Below are positions 18,351-28,218 of a DNA stretch of 64,000 nucleotides, in pieces. The stretch comes from a virus. The stretch lies in IMG/VR virus record IMGVR_UViG_3300045988_074841, one strand, 5' to 3'. Within the stretch, counting starts at the first letter, position 1. Each line of letters begins with the position of its first letter. Both the position numbers and the translations under genes were made by a program. Under the pieces are notes generated by a model. The model saw only the letters and a list, made by a program, of their open reading frames with translations. It was not told where the DNA came from and searched no databases.

Positions 18351-18623
18351 TTATTTCAAATACAAATCTATATACCTCTGTATACAGTTCACATGAGTAC
18401 TTCCAACAAATTTAAATGTTACTTCATCATCTTTAAGAAATATTGTAGTAGGATAATCATAAGCTTTATACTTATGAATAAGTCTTTTAGGAAGCTCTGT
18501 AAAATCTTTAATTTCAAGAGCTATTTCTTTAGATGATTTAGCAATAACTGTTTGAATGTTATTTATCACTATAGAACAACCAAGACAATTCTTAGTCGTT
18601 ATTATCAGGATTTTTCTTTTCAT
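18351..18623 (-). CDS. thioredoxin-fold protein, glutaredoxin/NrdH-like
   Basis: CLGC (CxxC) near the N-terminus, a downstream cis-Pro-like YPTTIF and a C-terminal G-containing motif, at a size (90 aa) typical of phage glutaredoxins. Confidence 0.45.
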   Translation of the reverse strand: MKRKILIITTKNCLGCSIVINNIQTVIAKSSKEIALEIKDFTELPKRLIHKYKAYDYPTTIFLKDDEVTFKFVGSTHVNCIQRYIDLYLK

Positions 18624-18867
18624 TTATCTCAGCTACTTTTTCATAATAAGAACCATCAGGAGTGAAATGAACTCCTTCATTGTTAAGAATAGTCGCATAA
18701 GTCTTTGCAGTATTCTTCAAATCTCTAAGAAGCAAAGCAAGATTAGCAAAAGTTACTTTATTAACTTTATCGCTATTCTTAGCATTTTCAATAAACTTAG
18801 ATACATTGTTAACTTCAATAGCAGTATGTGCGTGCTGCTTAATCATTTCTGATACCCACTTTTTCAT
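18592..18867 (-). CDS. hypothetical protein (91 aa)
   Basis: ORF fits the operon spacing. It overlaps the downstream gene by 32 nt. Confidence 0.35.
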   Translation of the reverse strand: MKKWVSEMIKQHAHTAIEVNNVSKFIENAKNSDKVNKVTFANLALLLRDLKNTAKTYATILNNEGVHFTPDGSYYEKVAEINEKKNPDNND

Positions 18868-18891
18868 ATTGTTTACTATTTAAATTATTAA

Positions 18892-19500
18892 TTATTTCTT
18901 TGCTGTAGAACCAAATGCACCATCACCTCTATCAGTTATGCCAAGGTCTTCAAGATTCTCGACTGGTTCAAAACAAATTTGTCTATGATGAGGAATTTCA
19001 AATTGCCCAATAACATCACCAACATTAATTGGTGTAGGATTATCTACAATAGCTCTAAAAACAATGAAAAATTCACCTCTATAACTTTCATCCAGAGTCA
19101 TTGGAGCATTAGCTACAACATAACCCATTTTAGTAATTCTACTATTAGGACGACAAGTCAGCGAATCTCTATATTCAAGAGCTACATGAATACCAGTTCC
19201 GCATTTAATGCGTCCATCATCTGTCTTTTCAATAGAAGTACAGACTACATCACAACAAGCATCTGTAGCGTGTCCATAAGCGTGACCATCTTTATCACCT
19301 TCACTCATATAATGAGCATACTCTGGAATTTGTGCTTTAACTTTAGGGTCAAGCCAAATCTTAACTGGAACAAAATCAATAGCTGTACGAAGAGCTTCTT
19401 TAAGTTCTTTTTCAGCTAACACTCTGTTGTCAGGAGTGTCTTTAAAAGCATTTGCATAATTAATAAATGCATCTGCAATACGATTACTTAATTGACTCAT
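18892..19500 (-). CDS. dut: dUTP diphosphatase (trimeric dUTPase)
   Basis: Motif 3 DESYRGEF (G-x-ID-x-DYRG type) and C-terminal motif 5 RGDGAFGSTAKK (RGxxGFGSTG type). Confidence 0.75.
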   Translation of the reverse strand: MSQLSNRIADAFINYANAFKDTPDNRVLAEKELKEALRTAIDFVPVKIWLDPKVKAQIPEYAHYMSEGDKDGHAYGHATDACCDVVCTSIEKTDDGRIKCGTGIHVALEYRDSLTCRPNSRITKMGYVVANAPMTLDESYRGEFFIVFRAIVDNPTPINVGDVIGQFEIPHHRQICFEPVENLEDLGITDRGDGAFGSTAKK

Positions 19501-19503
19501 AAT

Positions 19504-20019
19504 TTATTTATTGAAATTATATACTATAGCAGAATATTCATTAATCTGATAATTCTTACTATTTCTTATACACTTTAGAGTAGTATTAACTTGTTCTTTA
19601 AATCCTTCACAACCAATACATTTAATCATTTGAGGATTTAACAGATACCAATTATTACCAACTTCTACATTACTAGGAAGACCTTCAATGTCTTTCCATT
19701 TAATAATAGCTCCTACATCAATAAGTTCTTTAATAGCTTTTCTTATTGTGTCAGGAGTTTTAGCATTACACTGAGAAGATTCAATTAAAGTTCGAGAATT
19801 AAATTCAATACTAGTTTGTGAAGGTTTCATTGTATCACTAATCCAACAAGCAATATCACAAGCAGTTTTACTACAAGTTTTATGTATCATAGTAGACACA
19901 AATTTACCAGTACCTTTAAACACTTCATAAACAGTAGTTACTTTAGCATCTTTACCTTTAATTTTATTTCTAGCTTCATGTTCTTCCATAATAGTTGTAA
20001 AATTAAGTACTTCAATCAT
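19504..20019 (-). CDS. hypothetical protein, possible winged-helix DNA-binding protein
   Basis: ORF. The segment TPDTIRKAIKELIDVGAIIKWKD resembles a wHTH recognition helix. Confidence 0.3.
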   Translation of the reverse strand: MIEVLNFTTIMEEHEARNKIKGKDAKVTTVYEVFKGTGKFVSTMIHKTCSKTACDIACWISDTMKPSQTSIEFNSRTLIESSQCNAKTPDTIRKAIKELIDVGAIIKWKDIEGLPSNVEVGNNWYLLNPQMIKCIGCEGFKEQVNTTLKCIRNSKNYQINEYSAIVYNFNK

Positions 20020-20307
20020 AACTTCACTACCTTAACTAATAACGACACTACAAAGATAGAAAAATTCCTCGTTTCTATCACAGAAACGAGGAAAAAATGT
20101 CGTTAATTTGTGTTAAGGCTAACTATAACTATCTGATAATCAATTAGTTACAGCGTCAAAAATTGGCTCTATATATATAATATATTAGTCCTATGATATT
20201 TGACACGGCAAAGATAACTAAAAAGTAGTATACTGGTACAACTTTTAAGCTAAATGTTGTATATATCTACAATATTTTCTATAGTAGCATTAACATCACC
20301 TACTTCA

Positions 20308-20385
20308 CATCTTCTACGGGGCGGCTTTAGCTGCTTCTAGTATTCTAGCACTAGTAGTTGCTCTATCCTCCCCGTAAAGGACATC
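20308..20385. repeat. inverted pair of motif copies (CATCTTCTACGGGGCGGC at 20308-20325; CCTCCCCGTAAAGGACATC at 20367-20385) in intergenic space
   Basis: direct reading of sequence. The pair ends 2 nt from the stop of the - strand gene 20387..20671. Confidence 0.75.
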
Positions 20386-20386
20386 C

Positions 20387-20671
20387 TTAGTAACAAGCAT
20401 TTAATTCATTTTGTAATTTTATAGTCCATTCTCTAGCATCTTCTTTATTATCAAATACTAAAGCTTCTGGAACATTAGGAACACCTTTATTTTCATCAAT
20501 CATAATAGTGTAATTTACAACACTTTGGTTAGTATCAGCATAACTATTTACAGCACTAACTGTACCAACAAAGAATTTACCACTAATATGACTAAAAGCT
20601 AGTACCTCATCACCAACTTTGTAATGAGGTACTTTAAATTGATTTTCTTTTCCATTAAAATTAACTAGCAT
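20387..20671 (-). CDS. hypothetical protein (94 aa)
   Basis: ORF with start/stop overlap with the upstream gene. Confidence 0.4.
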   Translation of the reverse strand: MLVNFNGKENQFKVPHYKVGDEVLAFSHISGKFFVGTVSAVNSYADTNQSVVNYTIMIDENKGVPNVPEALVFDNKEDAREWTIKLQNELNACY

Positions 20672-21713
20672 AAGCTACAACAGAATTAAGTGCTTTATTC
20701 ATATTATTATTAGCACTACCCCAAACAAGACTATTCATACGTTTCTCACCTTCAAGATTAGCAACGTTACAATAGAAACCAGTTACAGCATTATATGCAC
20801 CCCAAGCAGTACCACAAATATCTTTCTGACCAATACCATCATTATAGTAATCCATCATATTATAAAGTTGATTAGCTTTACGAGAAGATATTTCAACTGC
20901 TTCAAGAAGTCTATAATCACGAGCAACAAGTCTAGCGTAACCTTTATTAGGGTCGTACTGATTAATTCGTTCAATCTCAGCAGGAGTAAGTTGCAATTCA
21001 CAAAGATACTTATAAACTTGTTCATCATTCATCTTAATAGTAGTAAGATGACGATAAAGTTCTTGAGCATCTAAAGCATGAGAACAAGCAACTTTAAGTA
21101 CTTGAGCACCAAATTCAAGTTTCTCTTTTATAGACTTAGTATGTCTAAGTCTGATATGACAAGAAGCTTTATCTAATGCTCCATTAAGCATATTAGTACA
21201 AATAACACGAACAGGAGTAATCATAATATCTACAGATGAACCACCATCATGTCCATTACTAAACACAAGATAGTTATCTATAACATCGTCTTTACTTACA
21301 GAAGTTTGTATTGGAAGTTTAGCACTAACATATACTTTCTCTCCCATATTAAGACAAGCAGCTTTATCCCAAATTGCTTTACCTTCACCAATAGCGTTAT
21401 TAAAGAAGTTGAAAGCATCCATATTTTGAACAACTTCATACTTATCTTTAACTATACCTAAAGGATAGTTACAATCTGTACGATAGGTAGCATAAGCGTT
21501 AGCACACTCACGATAAATATTACCATCATGTACAAAAGCATCTTCACCTAAATCGTTATTACTACCTATTCTAAAAGGCATTTTACCTACAAGTTCACAC
21601 TTTTGCACAGACCAATCAAGACCTGCTTCTTTCATTACTTCTTGTGCAGTTGCACAACCTGAAACGTCTTTACCCATAGCCCAAGGAAGACCACCACGAT
21701 TAAATTTACTCAT
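20661..21713 (-). CDS. hypothetical protein (350 aa)
   Basis: long ORF in operon context. Confidence 0.45.
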   Translation of the reverse strand: MSKFNRGGLPWAMGKDVSGCATAQEVMKEAGLDWSVQKCELVGKMPFRIGSNNDLGEDAFVHDGNIYRECANAYATYRTDCNYPLGIVKDKYEVVQNMDAFNFFNNAIGEGKAIWDKAACLNMGEKVYVSAKLPIQTSVSKDDVIDNYLVFSNGHDGGSSVDIMITPVRVICTNMLNGALDKASCHIRLRHTKSIKEKLEFGAQVLKVACSHALDAQELYRHLTTIKMNDEQVYKYLCELQLTPAEIERINQYDPNKGYARLVARDYRLLEAVEISSRKANQLYNMMDYYNDGIGQKDICGTAWGAYNAVTGFYCNVANLEGEKRMNSLVWGSANNNMNKALNSVVAYAS

Positions 21714-21745
21714 AACTCAGCGTTATTAAATTGTTAAACATTAAA

Positions 21746-22018
21746 TTAAATATTATCAGTAGGAGGAAGAGCTTCTTGATTATCTTTACTTTCTCCTGTA
21801 TAGTCAGGATTTAAATCTTTAACGCTCCGTGAATCACGTATTACATTTGAAACAATAAGTTCTACACTAACTATATGTCTCTTTAGTTCTTCACCATTAT
21901 ATTTAAGATATGAAGCACTACTTGTAGCATCAGATAAATCTTCTGCTAGAATATTAACATTAAGAAAAGTATTAGCTTTTACTTTAATATTTGTTTTAAC
22001 GAAATATACATTATACAT
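21746..22018 (-). CDS. hypothetical protein (90 aa)
   Basis: ORF. Confidence 0.35.
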   Translation of the reverse strand: MYNVYFVKTNIKVKANTFLNVNILAEDLSDATSSASYLKYNGEELKRHIVSVELIVSNVIRDSRSVKDLNPDYTGESKDNQEALPPTDNI

Positions 22019-22034
22019 AATATTATTATTTATA

Positions 22035-22175
22035 TTAATAAGACTTTATATTTATACAACCTAAAGCAGAATCATAATTCACACTATTAGCATATAAATC
22101 ATCAACCATAACTTGACAGTCTCCATTATTTTCTTGGAGACTGTTAAGTTTTTGTATTAATTCTGAAACTCTCAT
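22035..22175 (-). CDS. small hypothetical protein (46 aa) below the ORF-track size cutoff
   Basis: ATG lies 2 nt after the stop of gene 22177..22941, and the ORF fills the gap down to 22018 exactly. Confidence 0.3.
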   Translation of the reverse strand: MRVSELIQKLNSLQENNGDCQVMVDDLYANSVNYDSALGCINIKSY

Positions 22176-22176
22176 A

Positions 22177-22941
22177 TTATTTGATAGTTAAATTATCATT
22201 TTCAACAAGTTTAGCAATATTGGAAACACAACCATCATCTTTGATTTTAACTTTCATAAGTTTCTTATCAATACTAGGTTTAAATTTCCAACCATAACGA
22301 TTAACAGCTCCGATATTAGTCATAAGCTGATAACCATCACCCTTGAGAAGGTCTGTAAGTTTAACTGGAACAGTAACCTCAATATTAACATCATCAAGGT
22401 CTTCTATTTCAATTTCACTACATTCGTAATTACCAGAATCTTTAGCAGTATTAACAATAGCATCAAGTAATGCTTGTTCGTCTACAGAAGAATTTTGATT
22501 AAGAGTACCGGTATATATACCATTAGCAAAAGTTACTTTAAGCATATCATTAATAGCTTCGAGTTTCTTACTATTAACTTCAATAGTTTCGCTTTTACGA
22601 ATAGTTACTTTACCAGTACCCCAATCAATCCACTTCTTACCTCTCTTATCTTCTGTACCATAATTTTTAATAGCAAAGAGAACAAGATTAGTAAGACCTT
22701 TAATTGTATTCTCTTTAGACTTCTTGAGTCTAGAAAGTCTATCAGTTTCAGACTTAATAGCAAGAATATCAGCATTCAAATTATTAATAAAGTTAGTTAT
22801 ATTCCTAACTTTATTAGTCATTTCTTGACCATTAATTTCAAGCTTTTCTTCTATTTCTGGAGTTATTTCTCCACCTGCTTCTTCAATCTCATCATAAAGA
22901 GAATATAATTCTCTATCAATATCAAAAATACTTTTTCCCAT
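22177..22941 (-). CDS. Gp157-like protein (siphovirus Gp157 family)
   Basis: The N-terminal acidic helix LYSLYDEIEEAGGEITPEIEEKLE, a coiled-coil and a central KKWIDWGTGKVTIRKSE segment fit the Gp157 pattern often found in phage recombination modules. Confidence 0.45.
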   Translation of the reverse strand: MGKSIFDIDRELYSLYDEIEEAGGEITPEIEEKLEINGQEMTNKVRNITNFINNLNADILAIKSETDRLSRLKKSKENTIKGLTNLVLFAIKNYGTEDKRGKKWIDWGTGKVTIRKSETIEVNSKKLEAINDMLKVTFANGIYTGTLNQNSSVDEQALLDAIVNTAKDSGNYECSEIEIEDLDDVNIEVTVPVKLTDLLKGDGYQLMTNIGAVNRYGWKFKPSIDKKLMKVKIKDDGCVSNIAKLVENDNLTIK

Positions 22942-22950
22942 ATTACTTAA

Positions 22951-23139
22951 TTATTTAATAGTTAAAGCTATATCTGCTTTATGAGTAATTTTACAATCTT
23001 CAACAGCAGAATAATTACGACCTACAGTAACACGAATTTCAACTTCAGGATTAGCTATTTCAAAATCACTAATTAACTTGAGAATAGCATTCTCTAAAGT
23101 CTTTGCATTCTTCTTAACTTCATTAATTGTCTTTTCCAT
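22951..23139 (-). CDS. hypothetical protein (62 aa)
   Basis: ORF. Confidence 0.3.
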   Translation of the reverse strand: MEKTINEVKKNAKTLENAILKLISDFEIANPEVEIRVTVGRNYSAVEDCKITHKADIALTIK

Positions 23140-23143
23140 AATT

Positions 23144-23359
23144 TTATAAGTTTAAATGAGTTTCTACATTATTTACTACACACAAAGGACATTCGTCAGT
23201 TAGCATGAATACAGTTTCAGCAGAACAATAACCGTTTGATTCAAGCCAATCTACAGCTCTTTCATTATCATCAGCAGCAGTTTTGTTTTCTGCGAAATCT
23301 TCAGTTACATCAACAACTTCAATTTGTCCAGCATTATAATTTAAAATACTTATCCACAT
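23144..23359 (-). CDS. hypothetical protein (71 aa)
   Basis: ORF. Confidence 0.3.
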   Translation of the reverse strand: MWISILNYNAGQIEVVDVTEDFAENKTAADDNERAVDWLESNGYCSAETVFMLTDECPLCVVNNVETHLNL

Positions 23360-24378
23360 GTTGTATAATTAATTAAATTTTTAACTTTATCAGCAAGTTC
23401 TTTAGCCATAGGATGAGGAGCTCCACTAACACCATTAGAACGTAAATCAATATAATGCTCCCAATCATCAACAAAAGCAGTATGAACTACTTGAGTTTTA
23501 GTATTAAGAGGAAGAATTTCTCTAGCTTGTTGTGCAGTCCAACCAAGTTCACGAGTTTTACGATAAACTAAATCACAAATTTGAAGACCATATAAAAACC
23601 AATCTACAGCAACCCAATTATAAGTATTCTTAGCTTCAATAAGATGAGTAGATTTATCATAAATTTCTTCATCACTATAAAAACCATTATTATACGTAGT
23701 TACATTAAATTCGTCATTAGTATCTATAGTTTTAATCCAAGGAAGTTTAGCAACAGTTATTCCATTACCAAATTTACCTTTATCATAAGCACAATATCTA
23801 GTACTTTCTTCACTAATACTATTAACTCTATGACGATTAAGTTCACGACTAGCACCAATATCTGTTATAAAACAAACAGTAGGTCTTGGAATATAGTAAG
23901 GACAATTAGGAGTTTCATCTATGAAATCAAGAGTATCAACAGCATAATTTTCTATTATTACTCTAAGATTTGTAGTAACATAATTATAACCATTATGATT
24001 ATTAATTCTACTATATTTATTATGTGAATATGTATTTACACACATATCAACAGCACTAGGAATAAAAGTAGGAAATTTAAGATGAACTGTTGCATGTTCA
24101 CAACAACTTAAATGAAGACTTGTTAAATCTACATCACCATAAGAATTTTGAGCAAGTATTCGTTCAAATCTGTTATTAACATTTATCTTACTATAACCAA
24201 GGAAATCATGTCCTTTAAAAATAGTTCTAACAAGAAAATCATAGGCATTTTCATCTTTATTTTTAGGAGTACTTTGATAGCAAACACGAGCACATCTAGC
24301 TACATGTTTAAAAATACTCTCTAAATCATAACCATCTTGTTTCCAAAGTTCAACACTAGGATTTACAACTTTAATCAT
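23350..24378 (-). CDS. thyX: flavin-dependent thymidylate synthase ThyX
   Basis: ThyX signature RHRVNSISEESTRY, i.e. RHR-x7-S ... R. Confidence 0.75.
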   Translation of the reverse strand: MIKVVNPSVELWKQDGYDLESIFKHVARCARVCYQSTPKNKDENAYDFLVRTIFKGHDFLGYSKINVNNRFERILAQNSYGDVDLTSLHLSCCEHATVHLKFPTFIPSAVDMCVNTYSHNKYSRINNHNGYNYVTTNLRVIIENYAVDTLDFIDETPNCPYYIPRPTVCFITDIGASRELNRHRVNSISEESTRYCAYDKGKFGNGITVAKLPWIKTIDTNDEFNVTTYNNGFYSDEEIYDKSTHLIEAKNTYNWVAVDWFLYGLQICDLVYRKTRELGWTAQQAREILPLNTKTQVVHTAFVDDWEHYIDLRSNGVSGAPHPMAKELADKVKNLINYTTCG

Positions 24379-24383
24379 ATTAT

Positions 24384-25034
24384 TTACTTTTTATGTTTAA
24401 CAAAATCTTTTCCAGCAGCATATTCTTCAGGAGAAATAGCTACTACATTTTCTTTATTTTCACTAGTAACAGGAATTTCTTTATTGTCAGCAGATAAATT
24501 ATACACATATCCATCTTCGTCTTTACAAAGATGGTCAAAACCATAGGTAGCTATAATTTCATTAGTTACATCTTGTCTACTAGTTACTTCAATAAGAACA
24601 AGTTTATCTGTTTTAACAAGAGTAGAAATATCAATGAAAGTTGACTCTACCCGCCCCGTAGAAGGTATGGTAGGTTCATGCCCATCATTACTAGCTTGCC
24701 AAGCTAATAACATATTACAATAATTACCTAAATCTTGAATAGTATCAAACATACTTTCATCTTCAACATTAGGATTATTATAACCATTAAAATCATCTTC
24801 AATAAGATGAACTAAACGATTAGCTTTATCATACATTCTAGCTAGACCATATCTATAGCCTAGTTTATCACAACCTTTATTGAAAGCATTACCATAATCA
24901 GCATTTTTCTTAGCCATAAGATTAAGCATTTTATTTTGCTGGTCACGTAATGCAACAACTTCAGGAGTTACAAGATGTTTTGGAACTACTCCATTAAGAG
25001 CAGCTTTCCAATAATTTAAATCACTTTCTGTCAT
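24384..25034 (-). CDS. hypothetical protein (216 aa)
   Basis: ORF. It contains an in-frame motif copy (STGRVEST). Confidence 0.45.
   Translation of the reverse strand: MTESDLNYWKAALNGVVPKHLVTPEVVALRDQQNKMLNLMAKKNADYGNAFNKGCDKLGYRYGLARMYDKANRLVHLIEDDFNGYNNPNVEDESMFDTIQDLGNYCNMLLAWQASNDGHEPTIPSTGRVESTFIDISTLVKTDKLVLIEVTSRQDVTNEIIATYGFDHLCKDEDGYVYNLSADNKEIPVTSENKENVVAISPEEYAAGKDFVKHKK
24651..24669 (-). repeat. GC-rich motif copy (reverse on + strand), in-frame in - strand gene 24384..25034 (PSTGRVEST)
   Basis: direct reading of sequence. Confidence 0.8.
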
Positions 25035-25040
25035 AACTAA

Positions 25041-25307
25041 TTAATTAATACTTATAAGTTTATTTTCTACACACCAATTAAAAGCTAATGAAATAACTCT
25101 TTCAGGAGTATTAGCTTCAAAATCTTTAATAGTACAAAAATCTTCATCAACCCACATGATAATATAGTCATCATTTTCATGAATTAATGCAGGTTTTGCA
25201 CCATCTTTATTAACAACATAAATGTCTGTATCATCCGTTTTACTAATAGAAGGAAGAGAAGTAAACATTTTCATTGCTAATGCTAATAAACTATCATTAG
25301 TTAACAT
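25041..25307 (-). CDS. hypothetical protein (88 aa)
   Basis: ORF. Confidence 0.35.
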   Translation of the reverse strand: MLTNDSLLALAMKMFTSLPSISKTDDTDIYVVNKDGAKPALIHENDDYIIMWVDEDFCTIKDFEANTPERVISLAFNWCVENKLISIN

Positions 25308-25312
25308 AATTC

Positions 25313-25791
25313 TTATTTTATATAAGTAGGATTTATTATAAGACCTTTATCTAAACACCATTTAAAAGCATTTCTAATAGCTTGTTCTGGAGTAATACCA
25401 CTAATATAATGAAGTGAATCTCCTTCATCACCTATCCAATCAATAGCATATTTATCTTCAAAACAATAAAGCTGAGGAATGTAACCACGGTCTTTTTCAC
25501 ATGTTACAAAATTATCAGCTTTTTCTTCTATTGTAATACATGGAAGTTGAATAAATAATAGAAATTCATCAGCAGCTTCAAAATCAGTTTTTAACTGTAT
25601 ATGAAGTCTTCCTGTAGTATCTAAACATCTGTTATTGGAAACATTTCTCTTTCTAGTAATTCGTTAGGAATTTCATGAGCCATTCCTTCATAAATACTAA
25701 CTGAATAATGAGAATCTTTTGGGTCTGTTTCTTCAAATACAACTAGAGCATTATGAGAAACAGTTACATCAATAGCATTTTTTAATTTCAT
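25313..25791 (-). pseudogene. frameshifted gene: ATG-initiated 56-codon segment (25621..25791) plus ATG-less 102-codon segment (25313..25621) in the -1 frame
   Basis: The two segments exactly fill the otherwise gene-free 25308-25802 gap. The second frame opens at 25663 and contains no ATG, GTG or TTG. No classical slippery heptamer is present at the junction. Confidence 0.45.
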
Positions 25792-25802
25792 AATTTTACT
25801 TT

Positions 25803-26060
25803 TTAAATTTCACTAATTTGTTTCTTAATATTCTCTATTTCTCCTTTAACTTCAATACGTATGATATTTTCATACTTTGCCAAGATGTCTTTTATAGGAG
25901 ACAAATCTTCAAGGTTACAAAGACTATCTCTATTACCTAAGTAACCTTTCTTATAATAAGAAAGATGAGTGTCATTGTTATCTAACATATGATACACTCC
26001 TTTCAACTCATTTAATCTCTTATCAAGAGAAATAACTTCATTGTACTGTTCTTCTGTCAT
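25803..26060 (-). CDS. hypothetical protein (85 aa)
   Basis: ORF. Confidence 0.35.
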   Translation of the reverse strand: MTEEQYNEVISLDKRLNELKGVYHMLDNNDTHLSYYKKGYLGNRDSLCNLEDLSPIKDILAKYENIIRIEVKGEIENIKKQISEI

Positions 26061-26078
26061 AATTGTTATTTTATTAAG

Positions 26079-27551
26079 TTAAATATCCATTGTTCCTACA
26101 GCTTCAATAGTTCTTCCACTAGGTAAATGAATCAAATGATTCTCCATACATTCAGCAGTAGTTTTATCTAGAGGAAAACTAAGTCTATCTTGCAGATTAT
26201 AATATCTAGCAAAATCTTTAATATCATCAAACCAAAGAGTATGACAACCTATTCTAAATCTCCATTCTTTATATCCTAGAAAATCAGATTTATCTTTATA
26301 ATGAGTAATATCGACATATTTATCTGAATAGTCAATTCTTGAAACACAGAAAGAACCAATTCTAAACTTATCATATTTAAAGACAAATTCAGTTTTACCG
26401 CTAAGAATATAATTAGTATAAAGCTGATTAAATATATTAATAGCAGTTTCTAAAGGAACTAAAGCACCTCTACTAGTTTCAACCCAATTAGGTTTATTAG
26501 GTTTAAGTCTAAGTTGAGTATTAGGAAACATAGTATGATACAATACACTATCCATAGCTTTAATTTCTCTAGTATCAGGATTTGAATAATACATAGTATA
26601 ATGGATTTCTTGTTTTGTACCTCCTTTTCTCCATTCATCAATAGTTTGATTAGCTTTAGCTAAAGCTGCTTTATAATTATTTTCAGTTTTAATATTATAT
26701 TCAGCTTCTCTTTTACGAAAAGCTTCTTCTTCAGCTTTATCTTTAGCTTCTACTTCTGCAACATATTCATTAGACCATTTCTTGTTAAGCTCTGCCCAAC
26801 TAATTCCTTTATGAAGACAAAACTTAGTATAGAACTTACATTTCTTAATATACTCTTTTTGCTCATCAGTAAATAGAGCATCATTAAGAATAGCATTAAT
26901 TGAAGGAAAATCAACTTTATAGCTATTAATCCAAAATCCTTTATCAGATAAAGGCTTACATTTAGGAATAAACTTATATTTATCTACAAGAGTTTTAATA
27001 GCTATAAAATATTCATTTCTTTTATTTGCTATAAAACTATGGTCAGGAATTTGTTTACTTATAGAACTAAGTACTTTATATTCATGTCCAAAAGTCTCAA
27101 GATACTTCTTAATAAGATACTTTGCATACATTTTAATAAGTATCTTTTTGTTCTTTGGTTCAGTTATATCATAAATAGGAATATCTTCTTCTGTTTTATA
27201 AATAGCATAACCTGCTGGAAGACCACGTTCAATATCCCAATCATATTCAGTTCCTTCTTTAATTACAGCTATTTTACGTTTACGGTCAATACGAGCCATA
27301 CAAGAACCTTTAAGACCTCCACACCAGCCTTCTTTATCCCAATTATTTTTAATATAATCAGGAGTAAGTTTTTCAGCTAGACCTTTTCCTCTATGAAAGA
27401 AATAACCATAAGCAAAACAATAGCAGTGATAACTACTATCATAATATCCATACTCATCACGATGAATACCTTCATGGATACCTTCACTTTTAGTAATAGC
27501 ATGTCTAACTCTTTGTTTCTTAGGTTCAGCACCTACTTTACTTTTAGTCAT
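26079..27551 (-). CDS. hypothetical protein (490 aa) with central coiled-coil
   Basis: long ORF. Confidence 0.5.
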   Translation of the reverse strand: MTKSKVGAEPKKQRVRHAITKSEGIHEGIHRDEYGYYDSSYHCYCFAYGYFFHRGKGLAEKLTPDYIKNNWDKEGWCGGLKGSCMARIDRKRKIAVIKEGTEYDWDIERGLPAGYAIYKTEEDIPIYDITEPKNKKILIKMYAKYLIKKYLETFGHEYKVLSSISKQIPDHSFIANKRNEYFIAIKTLVDKYKFIPKCKPLSDKGFWINSYKVDFPSINAILNDALFTDEQKEYIKKCKFYTKFCLHKGISWAELNKKWSNEYVAEVEAKDKAEEEAFRKREAEYNIKTENNYKAALAKANQTIDEWRKGGTKQEIHYTMYYSNPDTREIKAMDSVLYHTMFPNTQLRLKPNKPNWVETSRGALVPLETAINIFNQLYTNYILSGKTEFVFKYDKFRIGSFCVSRIDYSDKYVDITHYKDKSDFLGYKEWRFRIGCHTLWFDDIKDFARYYNLQDRLSFPLDKTTAECMENHLIHLPSGRTIEAVGTMDI

Positions 27552-27591
27552 AATTTTATTTTTTTAAATGTTCTACAATAAGTACATTATT

Positions 27592-27708
27592 TTAAATTGC
27601 ATGATTGCGAATAGCATAATAAATAAGCATTAAAATTCCTATTATTACATAAGGTATAATAATAACGAAACAACCAAAGCAACCACTATTGTAATCTTCA
27701 TTAGTCAT
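27592..27708 (-). CDS. small hydrophobic peptide (38 aa, MTNEDYNSGCFGCFVIIIPYVIIGILMLIYYAIRNHAI), below the ORF-track cutoff
   Basis: Hand-translated. It has a single predicted TM helix and sits in an otherwise empty 310-nt intergenic gap. Confidence 0.3.
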   Translation of the reverse strand: MTNEDYNSGCFGCFVIIIPYVIIGILMLIYYAIRNHAI

Positions 27709-27830
27709 ATTATTAAGTTATTTAATATTTTAATTTTGTTTCTAACGAATTGAATTTAGTTATATGAATAACTAATAAGCGAGCATAATAAAGCCGCTCA
27801 CACATGAAGTAAAGTGGAAATCTGCCACAT

Positions 27831-27846
27831 TCTTCTACGGGGCGGC
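27831..27846 (+). repeat. GC-rich motif copy TCTTCTACGGGGCGGC, intergenic, 16 nt after stop of - gene 27862..28218
   Basis: direct reading of sequence. Confidence 0.8.
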
Positions 27847-27861
27847 TCTAGCAATTTGATG

Positions 27862-28218
27862 TTATATGTTCAACTGATACACTTCACCATCAGGTTGAGC
27901 ATCAACAAGTTTAACTTCAACATTAGTATCTACAGTCATAGTATTAAGAATAGAATCTTCAATAACTTCTTTAGGAATAGAAAACTTTAATCTACTATAA
28001 TTATCTTTATTAGTTATACTAAATCTACCATCAACATTATTCATGCTAACAGCTAGAAAATAATCATCTCGTTTAATAGTTTCATTCCATCGTTTCATAA
28101 ACTTATAGAACATTCTAAACTTTATTTCTCGACTATATAATCTTTTAAACTTTGGAGAATACCAAGTTTTATGTTTATCTAATTCTTCTTTTACATTATC
28201 ATAAGCATTTAAATTCAT
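27862..28218 (-). CDS. hypothetical protein (118 aa)
   Basis: ORF. Confidence 0.4.
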   Translation of the reverse strand: MNLNAYDNVKEELDKHKTWYSPKFKRLYSREIKFRMFYKFMKRWNETIKRDDYFLAVSMNNVDGRFSITNKDNYSRLKFSIPKEVIEDSILNTMTVDTNVEVKLVDAQPDGEVYQLNI

